Below are positions 29,038 to 39,650 of a DNA stretch of 64,000 nucleotides, in pieces. The number at the start of each line of letters is the position of its first letter. The first letter of the stretch is position 1. A program made the position numbers and the translations under genes. The notes beneath the pieces are model-generated. The model saw nothing but the letters and a program-made list of their open reading frames with translations. It made no database searches and was not told the origin of the DNA. This stretch comes from Candidatus Heimdallarchaeota archaeon (lineage in GTDB: Archaea; Asgardarchaeota; Heimdallarchaeia; Heimdallarchaeales; Heimdallarchaeaceae), in contig JAAFKJ010000115.1 of the NCBI GenBank assembly GCA_021399395.1, positions 28,273 to 92,272 of the forward strand, given 5' to 3'.

Positions 29038-30252
29038 ATGAATTACGCAATTAAGAATGGAAAAATTTTTACTGTAGATAAAAATGAGACAGTAATCGAA
29101 AAAGGAACTATACTGATTAAAAATGGAATAATAGATGGTATTGTTGAAGGAGATATTCCAGTTCCTGAGGGATACGAAGTAATTAATGCAGACGGAATGT
29201 GTGTGTTACCTGGTTTTATTGACACACATACGCACCAAGGACTTTTTGATGGTAGTGTGGGTTGGGCTGGTTTTGATGGAAATGAAATGACAGACCCAAC
29301 AACTGCATATGTGAGAGCTTTAGATGCAATTAATCCCGAAGATCCAGGACTTGAAGAAGCTCGAGTTGGTGGAGTTACAACTATTCAAACAGGTCCAGGA
29401 AGTGGCAATGTAATAGGTGGGACTGATACAATAATTAAAACATTCAGCAAAAATAAGATCTTGGATGAAATGATTGTTAAAACGCCTTCTTCGATGAAAG
29501 CTGCTTTAGGGGAAAATCCAAAACGTGTTTATGGAACTGATAAAAAACAGCCTTCAACACGTATGGGTACCGCAGCTATATTCCGAAAGGCGTTTGTAGA
29601 TGCTCAAAATTATGTAGATAAATGGAAAGAGTATGAGAAAAAGAAAAAACAAGCTGAAGACAAAAAAGAATTAGATAAGGTACCTTCTAAACCTGAGAGA
29701 GATTTAGGAAAGGAAGCATTAGTAAAAGTGTTAAACAAAGAGATTCCTTTAAATTTCCACTGTCATCAAGCTAATGATATTCAAACAGCTATTCGATTAT
29801 CAGAGGAATTTGATATTGACCTGATGCTTATACACGCAACTGAAGGACACAAAATTGCTGATTATATAGCTAAGAAAGGTGTTGGTGTATCTGTAGGTCC
29901 TTCACTAGTCGGTTTCGAGAAAGTAGAGCTTCGAAATATATCTTTTGAAACCCCTGCAATTCTTTGGAAAGCTGGTGTTAAGATTTCAATACAAAGTGAC
30001 TCTTTTACCAGATTAAAGCACTTCCAAGTTTTGCCATGTATGGCCATTAAGTATGGTCTTCCAATTAATGAAGCACTTAAAGCTGTTACAATTAATGCTG
30101 CTGAAATGATTGGTATAAGTGATCGTTTGGGAAGTCTTGAAAAAGGCAAAGATGCAGATTTAGTGATTTGGTCAAAACACCCACTAGAAGACTTCTATGC
30201 AGAAAATCAAGTTACTTTCATAAATGGTGAAATAGCATATAAGAAAGAATAA
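29038..30252 (+). CDS. Amidohydrolase family protein
   Basis: 'PGFIDTHTH', 'KAALGENPKR', 'H..E', 'GSLEKGKDAD'. Confidence 0.92.
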   Translation: MNYAIKNGKIFTVDKNETVIEKGTILIKNGIIDGIVEGDIPVPEGYEVINADGMCVLPGFIDTHTHQGLFDGSVGWAGFDGNEMTDPTTAYVRALDAINPEDPGLEEARVGGVTTIQTGPGSGNVIGGTDTIIKTFSKNKILDEMIVKTPSSMKAALGENPKRVYGTDKKQPSTRMGTAAIFRKAFVDAQNYVDKWKEYEKKKKQAEDKKELDKVPSKPERDLGKEALVKVLNKEIPLNFHCHQANDIQTAIRLSEEFDIDLMLIHATEGHKIADYIAKKGVGVSVGPSLVGFEKVELRNISFETPAILWKAGVKISIQSDSFTRLKHFQVLPCMAIKYGLPINEALKAVTINAAEMIGISDRLGSLEKGKDADLVIWSKHPLEDFYAENQVTFINGEIAYKKE

Positions 30253-30267
30253 TATTCTTTCTCTTTT

Positions 30268-30612
30268 TCATACTTTCTCGTAATAACCTGGAGGTCTGTG
30301 CTCTCCAAAAAATTCTAGCCCTTTTTCTTGTAATTGTTTTCGCAATTGTTTTGCATGATTTTCTGAAATATCCCCTTTTAGAAGCATATAGGTTATAATC
30401 TCTAATGCTTCTTCCACAGTAGAACAGCGACAAATAAAATCGATTACGCCTGGAGTATAGCCTAGGAACTTCCTTACTTTCTTTGATCCAGTTGAAGTTC
30501 TAATCTCCTCTTCCATAAAATTCTCTTTCCCTTCAGTAATCTCCTTGAAAAGAACTGGAAAATGATTCTGGAACTCTTCTTCCTCGCCTTCACTCTCCTG
30601 GGACATATACAA
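30268..30612 (-). CDS. DUF2095-like protein
   Basis: 'GYTPGVIDFICRC..EEALEII.Y..KGDI..FG..PGYY'. Confidence 0.8.
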   Translation of the reverse strand: MYMSQESEGEEEEFQNHFPVLFKEITEGKENFMEEEIRTSTGSKKVRKFLGYTPGVIDFICRCSTVEEALEIITYMLLKGDISENHAKQLRKQLQEKGLEFFGEHRPPGYYEKV

Positions 30613-30722
30613 AATTACTATTGTGCACTAAAAAAGATTGAGATTAGGTATCAAATTGCCGATATTTGTAAGAATCACTTTTATACAAAAAGTCTTTATC
30701 TTTGGATGATTCTTGACTAGTA

Positions 30723-31922
30723 ATGTTAGTTGGAATCGTTGGTAAACCTAGTTGTGGCAAAAGTACTTTCCTCAATGCTCTTACTATGGTAAATGCGAAA
30801 GTTGGAGATTATCCGTTTACAACTGTAGATCCAAACAGAGGAACTGCATATGTGCAGAGTACATGTGTTTGTAAGGAATTGGAAGTTCAAGACAATCCAA
30901 AGAATTCTATCTGCACAGATGGAATAAGATACCTCCCCATTCAAATTCTAGATGTAGCTGGTTTGGTTCCTGGCGCTTCAGAAGGAAGAGGATTAGGAAA
31001 TAAGTTTCTTGATGATTTAAGACAAGCTGATGTTTTGATTCATGTAGTGGATGCGAGTGGTTCTCTTGATGCTGAGGGAAATAAAATTAATAAGGGTAGT
31101 TGGGATCCTTTAAAGGATGTAAGTTTTCTCGAAGAGGAAATAGATGCTTGGATAAAATCAATCATTATGAGAGATTATGAAGTGATGAGGAAGAAAGCAG
31201 CAGCCGAAAAACTCCGTTTTTCCATCCTATTACATGAGAAATTAACAGGTTTAGCTATCAAGAAACATCATATCGATGCATCGATTCGGGAAGTAGGTAT
31301 TGTTGACAATGATGTTAACACTTGGGACGAGAACCTCGATACTCTCATAACTACTATTCGAAGAAAATCCAAACCAATAGTTGTTGTAGCTAACAAAATT
31401 GATCAGCCAACCTCCGCAGATAATTTCAGTAGAATGCAAAATGAACTAGATGCTAAAGTATTTCCTGTTTCAGCGTTAGCAGAAGTGTTTTTGAGAACTG
31501 AACACGAAGATAAAACTATCAGCTATAAACAGGGCGAAGCTGAATTTACTATGATCGATGAAGAAAAATTAGGCGATAGTAAGAAACAACTTTTAACAAA
31601 AATACAATCAGACTTACTGGAAAAATATGGTTCAACAGGAGTTCATGATGTTCTAACTAATGTGGTGTTTGATTTGCTAAATATGATTGTAGTCTATCCA
31701 GTGGAAGATGTCTCCAAATTTTCAGATAAATCAGGTAATGTTCTGCCAGATGCTTACCTAGTTCCAAAAGGAACAACTGCTATTGAATTGGCAGGAAAGG
31801 TCCATTCAGATTTTGCAGAAAATTTCATACATGGGAGTTTAGCTCCTTCAGGAAGACGTGTAGGTACCGACTATGAACTTAGAAACAATGAAGTGATAAA
31901 AATAGTGTCTGCAGTAAAATAA
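30723..31922 (+). CDS. ychF: YchF/Obg-family ATPase/GTPase with TGS domain
   Basis: 'GKPSCGKS', 'YPFTT', 'DVAGLV', 'GLGNKFL', NKID, TGS. Confidence 0.92.
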   Translation: MLVGIVGKPSCGKSTFLNALTMVNAKVGDYPFTTVDPNRGTAYVQSTCVCKELEVQDNPKNSICTDGIRYLPIQILDVAGLVPGASEGRGLGNKFLDDLRQADVLIHVVDASGSLDAEGNKINKGSWDPLKDVSFLEEEIDAWIKSIIMRDYEVMRKKAAAEKLRFSILLHEKLTGLAIKKHHIDASIREVGIVDNDVNTWDENLDTLITTIRRKSKPIVVVANKIDQPTSADNFSRMQNELDAKVFPVSALAEVFLRTEHEDKTISYKQGEAEFTMIDEEKLGDSKKQLLTKIQSDLLEKYGSTGVHDVLTNVVFDLLNMIVVYPVEDVSKFSDKSGNVLPDAYLVPKGTTAIELAGKVHSDFAENFIHGSLAPSGRRVGTDYELRNNEVIKIVSAVK

Positions 31923-31966
31923 TCTTCTGCAGATTTGTGAAGAAATTTTATCCTAAAGATATTGAT

Positions 31967-32713
31967 TTAGGTTGCAGCTGTTGCTGCTGCAACTGATTCA
32001 ACTTTTGTTTCTGGTAATACCAAAACTTTGCTTTTTCTAACATCCACTAATATTACTGGAAATATTTTTGTTACCTCTATCTTTAAAGCAGAAGCAATCT
32101 CTCCATTTACCATATTTTTGGAGAACTCAACAAAAGATTGTTCTCTAGCATTGGCTCTAAGAATATCTACCATTGCTTTTCTAACGACTTTTTGAGTACT
32201 AGCTCCACATCGCATAGGTGTGATAACAATAGATGATACCCTTAATCTTGCTCTATCTTTAGTCATAATATTTTGAATTGCTTCGATTTTTGAACGGTTT
32301 CTTCGTATTTGGGATCTGATTTGTTCTTTAGCGATTTCATGACCATCAAATTCGGTTCTACAAATGTTTCCTTCAACACTAGTAATTCGAAATCGTATCT
32401 TTAGATTAATGTCATAGAACATATCATTAGCAACTCCAAGTCTAGCCATCTCTATAACTCTCCCAATTAGTTTTTCTGGATCGCTTGCAGGAGTCTCACC
32501 TAAGGATTTCTCCACGATGTAATTTGCTGCATTTACTTCATACCAAGATTTCTCTTTCCATTTATCTACAATTTTTGTTTTTCCTTTTGATTTTCTGGTT
32601 GGTCTACGTTCTGACAAAGGTTTAACCTCAACTATGTTGTTTTCCTTCTTCTTTAATCGAGTTTTAAATATTATGTTTAGATAGAAACTAGAAAATGAAC
32701 TGTTTAATATCAA
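31967..32713 (-). CDS. rps3ae: Ribosomal protein eS1 (S3Ae); true start probably downstream of the ORF start
   Basis: 'DKWKEKSWY', 'LIGRV', 'T.F.GHE', 'KIFP...RKSKV'. Confidence 0.95.
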   Translation of the reverse strand: MILNSSFSSFYLNIIFKTRLKKKENNIVEVKPLSERRPTRKSKGKTKIVDKWKEKSWYEVNAANYIVEKSLGETPASDPEKLIGRVIEMARLGVANDMFYDINLKIRFRITSVEGNICRTEFDGHEIAKEQIRSQIRRNRSKIEAIQNIMTKDRARLRVSSIVITPMRCGASTQKVVRKAMVDILRANAREQSFVEFSKNMVNGEIASALKIEVTKIFPVILVDVRKSKVLVLPETKVESVAAATAAT

Positions 32714-32985
32714 TTCTTCTTTCTTTTTACAGTTATGTAAATATTTTCGCTAGTACTGATAGTGTTGAAAATATCATCAATTGTATTTCTAATAGTAGAT
32801 AATGAAGAAAGAGAAGAAAATTTTATGAGCAATTTTTGATTCTCTAGTGTCATTTCAATTTTACTCTTTTCATCAATTTGTTTATTTTCAGGTTCTAATG
32901 ATTTTAAAATGACTTCTGCAAAATGTACATCTAAGAAATCTAAGGAGATTGTTATTATTGTTTCTTCAGATGACATATTACACAC
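32710..32985 (-). CDS. pcc1: KEOPS complex subunit Pcc1
   Basis: 'ILKSLEPEN', 'LSTIRNTIDD'; conserved uS15-DHH-Pcc1-eS1 order. Confidence 0.8.
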   Translation of the reverse strand: MCNMSSEETIITISLDFLDVHFAEVILKSLEPENKQIDEKSKIEMTLENQKLLIKFSSLSSLSTIRNTIDDIFNTISTSENIYITVKRKKN

Positions 32986-34440
32986 CTAATTTTTATCTGA
33001 ATCTTTACCTTTGTGATGATAAGCTAACGCGTTTTCTAGTTCCTTAAGAACTAATTCCATTTCTTCTTCTTTAATAGTTGTGTAAAAGAAATCAATATCA
33101 CCTCTAATTGTTGATTCTTTAATAACTCCTTTATTTCTTAAATCTTGAAAAATCTGAAATGACAAATATCCTTTTTTCATGTGAGAAGGTGAATCATGAA
33201 CAAATAGATAGTTAGCAGAATTCTCCTTGATATGTAAAATTAGAGGTTTCTCGATAGGAATTATGTTGCTATCTACTAGGGCCTTTATTACAAGTGGGGC
33301 AGATTCAAGTTCAAAGAAATCTTGATTCCGCATCAAGCGATAGTATTGTAGGTCTTCAGTAATTTCTGGATTTTTAATAATTTCTTCAATAATTGTTGTT
33401 GCTTTACCATGATAATTACTTAACTCTCTTATCAGTTTATCAAATAAATTCTCTCTGTCACCAAGAACAATTGCAAGTGCTAAACCATATTTCTGTAATT
33501 GTATGGCACCATCAAGAAGCCACAGATATTCTTCAATATTGCGAGTTTGATCCTTTATTGTTTCAGTTTCTAAGATATAAATGGGTCCTCTTAAATTGGA
33601 AATATCTCCCATTAAAAGAGAAACCAACCCATCGTTCAATTTTATAGTTTCTTCAGATGTTAAGGCGGAAATTGTTCTATAATTTCCATCTTGATCTTTC
33701 ATTGCAATTCCTAGTTTTGAAACAAAGGATGTACATGCACTTTCATTACCAGTTAAACCTGGAAAGAATGGATTGTTTGAGTATTTCAAAGCTAAGTGAA
33801 TAGGTTGGCTTTCTCTACCTGGAATTCTTGTACCTGTTGTTTCTCTTAGAACTTTGTTTTCTTTACCTTCTTCTAGAATTAATAAATTTATTCCAACTAA
33901 TTTCTGATTTTTTTGATTTATCTGTTTCTTTGATAAGCCTCCCAAAATAGCTAATCCAGCATATTTGTAATAGTCATCATCTAAACCACTAGCTATGAGG
34001 TATGCTATCCCTGAATTTGATAGTAAGTTACCTGCTAATTCAAAAGATTTTAGAGATAAAATCTGAATGTTTTCCCAAGGAATCTTTATTCGCTTATCAA
34101 TCGTAAAACTATGTTCAATTAAGACAATATTCTTATTTTCATCTTTCAATAGTTTGTTTGGTAATTCTTTAGCTTCGAAACCTATGAAGACATATATTGA
34201 GTAATTTGTTTTCTTAACCCTGTCCTCAATATTCTCAAAGTTACTAATTATGATTGTATGGCTTCCAGTTTCAAGTTTTCTTAAACAAGAGATTATGATT
34301 CCTGATGCACTTATGTTGTCTGGATGTGCTTTGGCTATAATTGCAACAGTTTTTTCATTTTTCTTCAGAAATTCTGCAACTTTAACAGATTCTTCCTTAA
34401 GTTTTGAGTAATTCTCGAATGAAAATTCTTCTTTTGACAT
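32986..34440 (-). CDS. RecJ/Cdc45-like DHH protein with degenerate catalytic motifs
   Basis: 'HPDNISASGII' (DxDG lost), 'IEHS' (DHH lost), 'GIN', 'PFFPGLTG'; operon context. Confidence 0.8.
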   Translation of the reverse strand: MSKEEFSFENYSKLKEESVKVAEFLKKNEKTVAIIAKAHPDNISASGIIISCLRKLETGSHTIIISNFENIEDRVKKTNYSIYVFIGFEAKELPNKLLKDENKNIVLIEHSFTIDKRIKIPWENIQILSLKSFELAGNLLSNSGIAYLIASGLDDDYYKYAGLAILGGLSKKQINQKNQKLVGINLLILEEGKENKVLRETTGTRIPGRESQPIHLALKYSNNPFFPGLTGNESACTSFVSKLGIAMKDQDGNYRTISALTSEETIKLNDGLVSLLMGDISNLRGPIYILETETIKDQTRNIEEYLWLLDGAIQLQKYGLALAIVLGDRENLFDKLIRELSNYHGKATTIIEEIIKNPEITEDLQYYRLMRNQDFFELESAPLVIKALVDSNIIPIEKPLILHIKENSANYLFVHDSPSHMKKGYLSFQIFQDLRNKGVIKESTIRGDIDFFYTTIKEEEMELVLKELENALAYHHKGKDSDKN

Positions 34441-34497
34441 TGGATTCTCACTATTCTAAATATAAAAAGAAATGAAAAAATAAAAGAATATCGTATC

Positions 34498-34962
34498 TTA
34501 TAGGAGAAGACCAGCTGTTTTTGGATCATATTTCCAGTTTTTCTCAAAGACACCTTTCTTTTTGTAATACTTGACTAAACGTCTAATTTTAGACTCCATT
34601 AATTGTAAACCTCGTTTACTGTGAAGATCTTTTCTGTTATCCTCTAGATGTTTTCTAAGATTAGAAGCTCTTTTAACCAGATTAACCAAATCTTCTGGGT
34701 ATTTAGGATTTAAATCTAATTCTTCTACTATTTGAGAAACCTTAACTCCTAAAGTTTCTTTTACACTTGGAATACCATATTGATCACGTAGGATAACTCC
34801 AATCATAGCAGTGGACTGACCTTGTCTTCTCAGTTCTTCTATTTTTTTAGTTACAAACTTCTTATCGTGAACCATCCATTCTGGAGGTTGTGTCCTATAA
34901 GGTCTAGTTGAACTAGCTTGACCTCTTCTTCTTGCATGAATTCTTGCCATTTGTTTCACCAA
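34498..34962 (-). CDS. rps15: Ribosomal protein uS15 (S13e type)
   Basis: 'MARIHARRRG', 'IGVILRDQYGIP', 'PEDL', 'ESKIRRLVKYY'. Confidence 0.97.
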   Translation of the reverse strand: MVKQMARIHARRRGQASSTRPYRTQPPEWMVHDKKFVTKKIEELRRQGQSTAMIGVILRDQYGIPSVKETLGVKVSQIVEELDLNPKYPEDLVNLVKRASNLRKHLEDNRKDLHSKRGLQLMESKIRRLVKYYKKKGVFEKNWKYDPKTAGLLL

Positions 34963-34971
34963 TTTGATATT

Positions 34972-35532
34972 TTAAACAGTTAACGAGGTGAATAATTCTC
35001 GAAGTGACTTTTGACGATGAGAATATAAATTCTTGGTTGTTAGCGTCATTTCTGCGAAGGTTTGGTCACATTTATCTGGTTTAAAAATAGGATCAAAACC
35101 AAACCCTCCTTGACCTTGCTTTGATAAAGTAATCTCCCCCTTAGTTATCCCCTTGTATAATTTTATCTCTTCATTTGAATAAAAAGCTACGATTGATTTG
35201 AAAAATGCACTTCGAGTTTCTTTTTCCTCCATGAGTTTTAAAATTCCTTCATTTCCTAGTGTTTTGTAAACATAAGAAGAGTAAGGTCCGGGAAAACCAT
35301 TTAACGAATCAATAAATAACCCAGCATCTTCAAGGAAAAAAACAAAATCAGATAATTCTGAATGCTTTTCTAAAATTCTCTCACAGCTCTTTTTTGCAAT
35401 AATCTCTAAGGTGTCTTCCTGAGGTTCTTCATATTCAATGTTCTTCCATTGAATTGCCATTTTAAGACTCTCAGCTAATTCTAAGGCTTCCTCAAATTTA
35501 GAAGGATTGTGAGTAATAAAGTATATTTCCAT
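34972..35532 (-). CDS. rdgB: XTP/dITP diphosphatase (Ham1/RdgB)
   Basis: 'EDAGL', 'GFPGPYS', 'GFGFDPIF', 'SHR'. Confidence 0.95.
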   Translation of the reverse strand: MEIYFITHNPSKFEEALELAESLKMAIQWKNIEYEEPQEDTLEIIAKKSCERILEKHSELSDFVFFLEDAGLFIDSLNGFPGPYSSYVYKTLGNEGILKLMEEKETRSAFFKSIVAFYSNEEIKLYKGITKGEITLSKQGQGGFGFDPIFKPDKCDQTFAEMTLTTKNLYSHRQKSLRELFTSLTV

Positions 35533-35684
35533 TGATTTTAATTTCGCTGATGTTTATTAGTCTCTTTCGGTCAGAAGCCTTTTCCTTCATTTATATAATG
35601 AAAGAGTTTAAATGTATTTAGTACATTATTTTAATAATTACACTATGATATTACTTCATTCAACATATAATCCGGTGAAAAAAA

Positions 35685-36092
35685 ATGGAAGAATTAACTT
35701 ACTCATCAATCTACAACTCAACTGATGGCATAAGAATTGAAGATCAAATAAAAACTGCTCTCGCTGAGATAACAAAATCTAGTAATATTCTTAGTATTTA
35801 CTCCATGAATGCTCGAGCAATCTATTTCTTTCCTGTAGTTTCTGATGTCTACCAGCTGAGTATACAAATTTATCCCTTAACACCAGAAATAGTTGCAAAA
35901 ATAATGACCAAGGTTTCTGAATTTTCAACTAAGGTTATTTACAGTACTGGATTATGTTTAGTTGAGAATAGGTGCTTCTGGGAAGGATTCCTACAAGAAA
36001 AAGATTTAACTAAAGATATTGAAGAAATTCAAGAAATTTTAGAATCAATTGCAGAAGTAAAAGGAATTACAATAGAAAAAGTGTCGAAGTAA
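35685..36092 (+). CDS. Hypothetical protein (possible ACT-like domain)
   Basis: 135 aa ORF with GGTGA RBS; 'IYSTGLC...CFWEGF'. Confidence 0.6.
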   Translation: MEELTYSSIYNSTDGIRIEDQIKTALAEITKSSNILSIYSMNARAIYFFPVVSDVYQLSIQIYPLTPEIVAKIMTKVSEFSTKVIYSTGLCLVENRCFWEGFLQEKDLTKDIEEIQEILESIAEVKGITIEKVSK

Positions 36093-36093
36093 G

Positions 36094-37041
36094 TTAGTTT
36101 AAACTAACTTTTAGATTCAAAACCCGAATGAACTCTTTATACCTGTTTCTTAAAGTAACTTCAGTAATCTGGCAAATTCTAGCTATTTCATTTTGAGGAC
36201 ATTTTGTCTTGTTCTGTAGAGCAGCTATATACAATGCAGCGGCTGCTAAAGAATTGGGATTCTTGCCTACTGTTATTTTTGCTGCTTTAGCTTGAGAAAG
36301 AATGAATTGAGCGTCATTCAGTATTTTTGGTTGAAAATTCAGTAAAGATGCGAATTTTGCAATACTACTCTCTGGACTTGCCAAAGGCATTTTCAGATCA
36401 AGATGCTTAAGAAGCAATCTAAAATTCTTAGCTAATTTCTTTTTACTAAGACGTGTTTTATCTGCAACATCTTCCAGAGTAGCAGGTTGTTTGTGCAATC
36501 TGCAAGAAAGATATAATGCGGCTGAAACAAGTGCTTCTGTAGATCTCCCACGAACCAACCCAGTTTTTAGTATCTTCCTGTAAATCATTGCAGCTGTTTC
36601 TCGAACTTTTATTGTTAAATTAAGCTGACTACTTATTCTCTTAATTTCGTTTAAGGCTCTAAGGAGATTTCTTTCTGTTCCATACTGTAAAACTGCTCTT
36701 CTTTGTAATGTTCTCAGTCTGAACATTTGGCTAGCTTTTTCAGGAGACAAAGAGTTCCCAAATATGTCTTTATTTGAGTAATCAATTAACGTTCCATAAT
36801 GATCATATGTTAGAAGATTTTTTGGTGTTCCAGTTCTTGCTCGTTTAACATGTTGCTCTTTTGAATATGCTCTCCACTCTGCTGTTTGATCAATATATGA
36901 ATCTTCTACTACTAATCCACAGTTGCCACAACTTACCTCTCCTCTTGTTGAATCGAAAGTTAATTTTGTAGAATTGCAGTCAGGACACCTTGGAAGAGAA
37001 GTTTCAGAACTTGTGGTAATATTGATTGGTTGTGGAGGCAT
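36094..37041 (-). CDS. tfb: Transcription initiation factor IIB (TFB)
   Basis: Zn ribbon CPDC/CGNC, 'EWR', 'ERNL', 'GRS', two cyclin folds, 'EVTLRNRYKE'. Confidence 0.96.
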   Translation of the reverse strand: MPPQPINITTSSETSLPRCPDCNSTKLTFDSTRGEVSCGNCGLVVEDSYIDQTAEWRAYSKEQHVKRARTGTPKNLLTYDHYGTLIDYSNKDIFGNSLSPEKASQMFRLRTLQRRAVLQYGTERNLLRALNEIKRISSQLNLTIKVRETAAMIYRKILKTGLVRGRSTEALVSAALYLSCRLHKQPATLEDVADKTRLSKKKLAKNFRLLLKHLDLKMPLASPESSIAKFASLLNFQPKILNDAQFILSQAKAAKITVGKNPNSLAAAALYIAALQNKTKCPQNEIARICQITEVTLRNRYKEFIRVLNLKVSLN

Positions 37042-37275
37042 AACAGCACCTTACTTGGTTAAGGTATATTTTATCTATTGAGTATTTAAATTTGGCTGAA
37101 TAATCCTACTCATAATTTGGTAACAAAATCGACTGAAATTTCTAATAATTTAGCAAAAATCTTAGTATTTTTCAGCTAATTTAATTTAGTTAAAGATAAA
37201 AACTGTTAAAAACAAAACATTTGGCTATAAATTAACAAGTGAATTTACAGAACCTTATATCATGGAGTGTAAAAA

Positions 37276-37683
37276 ATGTCACAAAAATCAGGACAACTCG
37301 AATTTAAACTAAATATCGGTGACAAAACAGGTAAATGTCACACAAAAATAATCAGGGATGCTCAAGCAAACTCTATTATTGGGTTGAAACTTGGGAGCAA
37401 AGTGGATGGTAATTCAATTGGCTTACCCACTTGGGAATTTATCATTACAGGTGGTAGTGACAAAGATGGTTTCCCACACAGATCTAACATACAGGGTTCT
37501 GGCAGAAGAAAATACCTACTTAAAGGTGGGGTTGGTTATAAGGTTCCCAGAAAAGGTAGGCGTGAAAAGAAATCTGTTAGGGGAAACATTATCTCTGAAA
37601 GCTCTTATCAGATTAACATGAAAATTTCAAAAGTAGGTAGTAAAAACCTAGAAGAACTTGTTGCTGAAGTTAGTTCAAGCTAA
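37276..37683 (+). CDS. rps6e: Ribosomal protein eS6
   Basis: 'ITGGSDKDGFP', 'KKSVRGN', 'QINM'. Confidence 0.95.
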   Translation: MSQKSGQLEFKLNIGDKTGKCHTKIIRDAQANSIIGLKLGSKVDGNSIGLPTWEFIITGGSDKDGFPHRSNIQGSGRRKYLLKGGVGYKVPRKGRREKKSVRGNIISESSYQINMKISKVGSKNLEELVAEVSSS

Positions 37684-37716
37684 ATTAAAATAGAATAGTG
37701 GGAATAAATCCCAATA

Positions 37717-38256
37717 TTAATCCTTTTTCTTACTCTTTTCTTTTCCCTTGCGCTTGTCTTTCTCTTTTGCTTCATCTTCTTCACCAGGTTCAGTTAGGAA
37801 GATATAGATAGTTGAAAGGAAAATTACACCTATGAGAATTCCAAATATAGTCCATTGCATTGCTGTATTATAATTTGGAACTCCTCCCACTCCTTTGGGT
37901 CGGATTACAGTTATCATCCATGTTGATAGAATTGAAATGACAACAGGCACAATAAAGGATCCCCAGGAGGGTAGATTTGCACGGATCTCACTTAATGTAG
38001 CAAGAGCAATAAGTAAGAAGAAATAGAATATCGATACAAGAAAAGCAGTAAGTATTGTTAATCCTGCATTATAAGTTGCAATAAAGTCTTCGGGAGTAAT
38101 TTCTTCAATGTATAATCCTTTTAACCAATTAGGTGCAGTTACAAAATCCCAACTAGCAAAGATTATAGCAAGAATTAAGGTTGCCAGTAGAATAATGGTA
38201 CTTAGTAAAAGAGTTCTATTTTTTGTGTCTTTCCAAATTCTTTCATATAGACCCAT
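37717..38256 (-). CDS. Hypothetical membrane protein (4 TM, Lys-rich tail)
   Basis: Four hydrophobic segments; charged C-terminus. Confidence 0.7.
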   Translation of the reverse strand: MGLYERIWKDTKNRTLLLSTIILLATLILAIIFASWDFVTAPNWLKGLYIEEITPEDFIATYNAGLTILTAFLVSIFYFFLLIALATLSEIRANLPSWGSFIVPVVISILSTWMITVIRPKGVGGVPNYNTAMQWTIFGILIGVIFLSTIYIFLTEPGEEDEAKEKDKRKGKEKSKKKD

Positions 38257-38458
38257 CTTGTGTATCTCCTTGTATCTTATTCACGTTAAATAACTGTAAA
38301 TATCTTAAACAAAGTAGAGGTTACTTTGTTTTATTGAAACTTTTAAGAATAGTTTATTAACTTTTGGCTTACTGATTTTATTATTTGGAAGCTTCTCCAT
38401 ATAAGGAAGATTTTTGAAGATGATTTGCAACTAAAATCCAGTTATAAGAGGATAAGAT

Positions 38459-39301
38459 ATGTCACACAAAGAAATTTCTAAAGGAAACAATTTCCTTACC
38501 TGTGAAAATTATATCCTTTTCAATGACACAGATGAAATGATAGATTTCTTTGTAATTGCTTTTAGACTGAAAATACCTATGCTAGTAATTAATGATTTGA
38601 CCATAAAGGAAAGAAATACATTTTTAGAATCTGCTGGTTTAGAAAAGTTTTCTCTTACTACATCAAAACTCATTTATGAAAAGGCAAAATCAGAAATCAT
38701 CGCTTCAGGGAAGTTGATGACTGTTTTTAAGAATTTCCTCTATCCAAATGATGATCGCAAATTTCTTCTTGTAACTCGTAAAACCATTTACGAGAATTCT
38801 ATTGATAAGATAAAAAACCAATTAGGATCTATTAGAAATCAGTATGAAATTATCTCCTTATATTCGAAAGATAGAAATACATTGAAATGGGCTGCACAAG
38901 ATAGAAGAATAGACTATATTACTATAGAGATTTTGGAAAACTCAGAATTTATAGATCAATCTTTGTGTTCCGTAGTAAAGCAAAACAATAAAATCTTTGA
39001 AATTGTTCTTTCTTCCTTAATCAACACTAAAAACGATAGAGAGATTAGTGAGGTTTTGAGAAAAGGAAAGAAATTAATGAAATTAATATGTTCAACAAAC
39101 ACCCCTTTTATTTTTACTATGAAACCTGAATCTCCTTTGGAATTAAGAACAGGTTCTCAAATGAGACTTTTGGGTAGCTTACTAGAAAGTTCTTACAATA
39201 AGACCAAAACTTGTGTATTTGATAAGCAGCTTGAAGTTCTTATTGCGAATACAATCAAATTGCATGAATCCCATGTTTTTGAAGGAATACAGGAGGCTTA
39301 A
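38459..39301 (+). CDS. rnp3: RNase P protein Rpp30 (component 3)
   Basis: 'AAQDRRIDYI', 'FEI', 'PLELR'; directly upstream of Pop5. Confidence 0.75.
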   Translation: MSHKEISKGNNFLTCENYILFNDTDEMIDFFVIAFRLKIPMLVINDLTIKERNTFLESAGLEKFSLTTSKLIYEKAKSEIIASGKLMTVFKNFLYPNDDRKFLLVTRKTIYENSIDKIKNQLGSIRNQYEIISLYSKDRNTLKWAAQDRRIDYITIEILENSEFIDQSLCSVVKQNNKIFEIVLSSLINTKNDREISEVLRKGKKLMKLICSTNTPFIFTMKPESPLELRTGSQMRLLGSLLESSYNKTKTCVFDKQLEVLIANTIKLHESHVFEGIQEA

Positions 39302-39304
39302 AGT

Positions 39305-39631
39305 TTGGTGACTATCAAAAGAGACCGATATGTTGTTTTTCATCTTATTTCAGATGCTGAAAAGATTGAAGAATCTATATTTAAGTCATCAATCTGGAGA
39401 ACATATCAAACTATTTTTGGATTATATGGGTCCTCTGGTGCTGGATTGTATTTTGAGGATTATGATGAAGACAAAAAAACTGGCATAATACGCTGTACTC
39501 ATACTTCTCTACCCCAACTGCTAACAGTATTGGCTTTTATGACAGAAGTAAAAGAAACAAAGATTTTGATTCAAATCATGAATGTCAGTGGTACTGTTAA
39601 TAAAGCTAAACAAATACTCACCACAAAATAA
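39305..39631 (+). CDS. rnp2: RNase P protein Pop5/Rpp14 (component 2)
   Basis: 'RYVVF', 'FG..G', 'GIIRC', 'VSGTVNKA'. Confidence 0.88.
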   Translation: MVTIKRDRYVVFHLISDAEKIEESIFKSSIWRTYQTIFGLYGSSGAGLYFEDYDEDKKTGIIRCTHTSLPQLLTVLAFMTEVKETKILIQIMNVSGTVNKAKQILTTK

Positions 39632-39650
39632 TTTTATACTACGCACGTTA

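Noticed and set aside
37717-38256. 4-TM protein as an OapA partner of the OLE-like RNA
   Set aside because: No recognisable OapA/DUF21-type motifs, and it is on the opposite strand 1.4 kb away.
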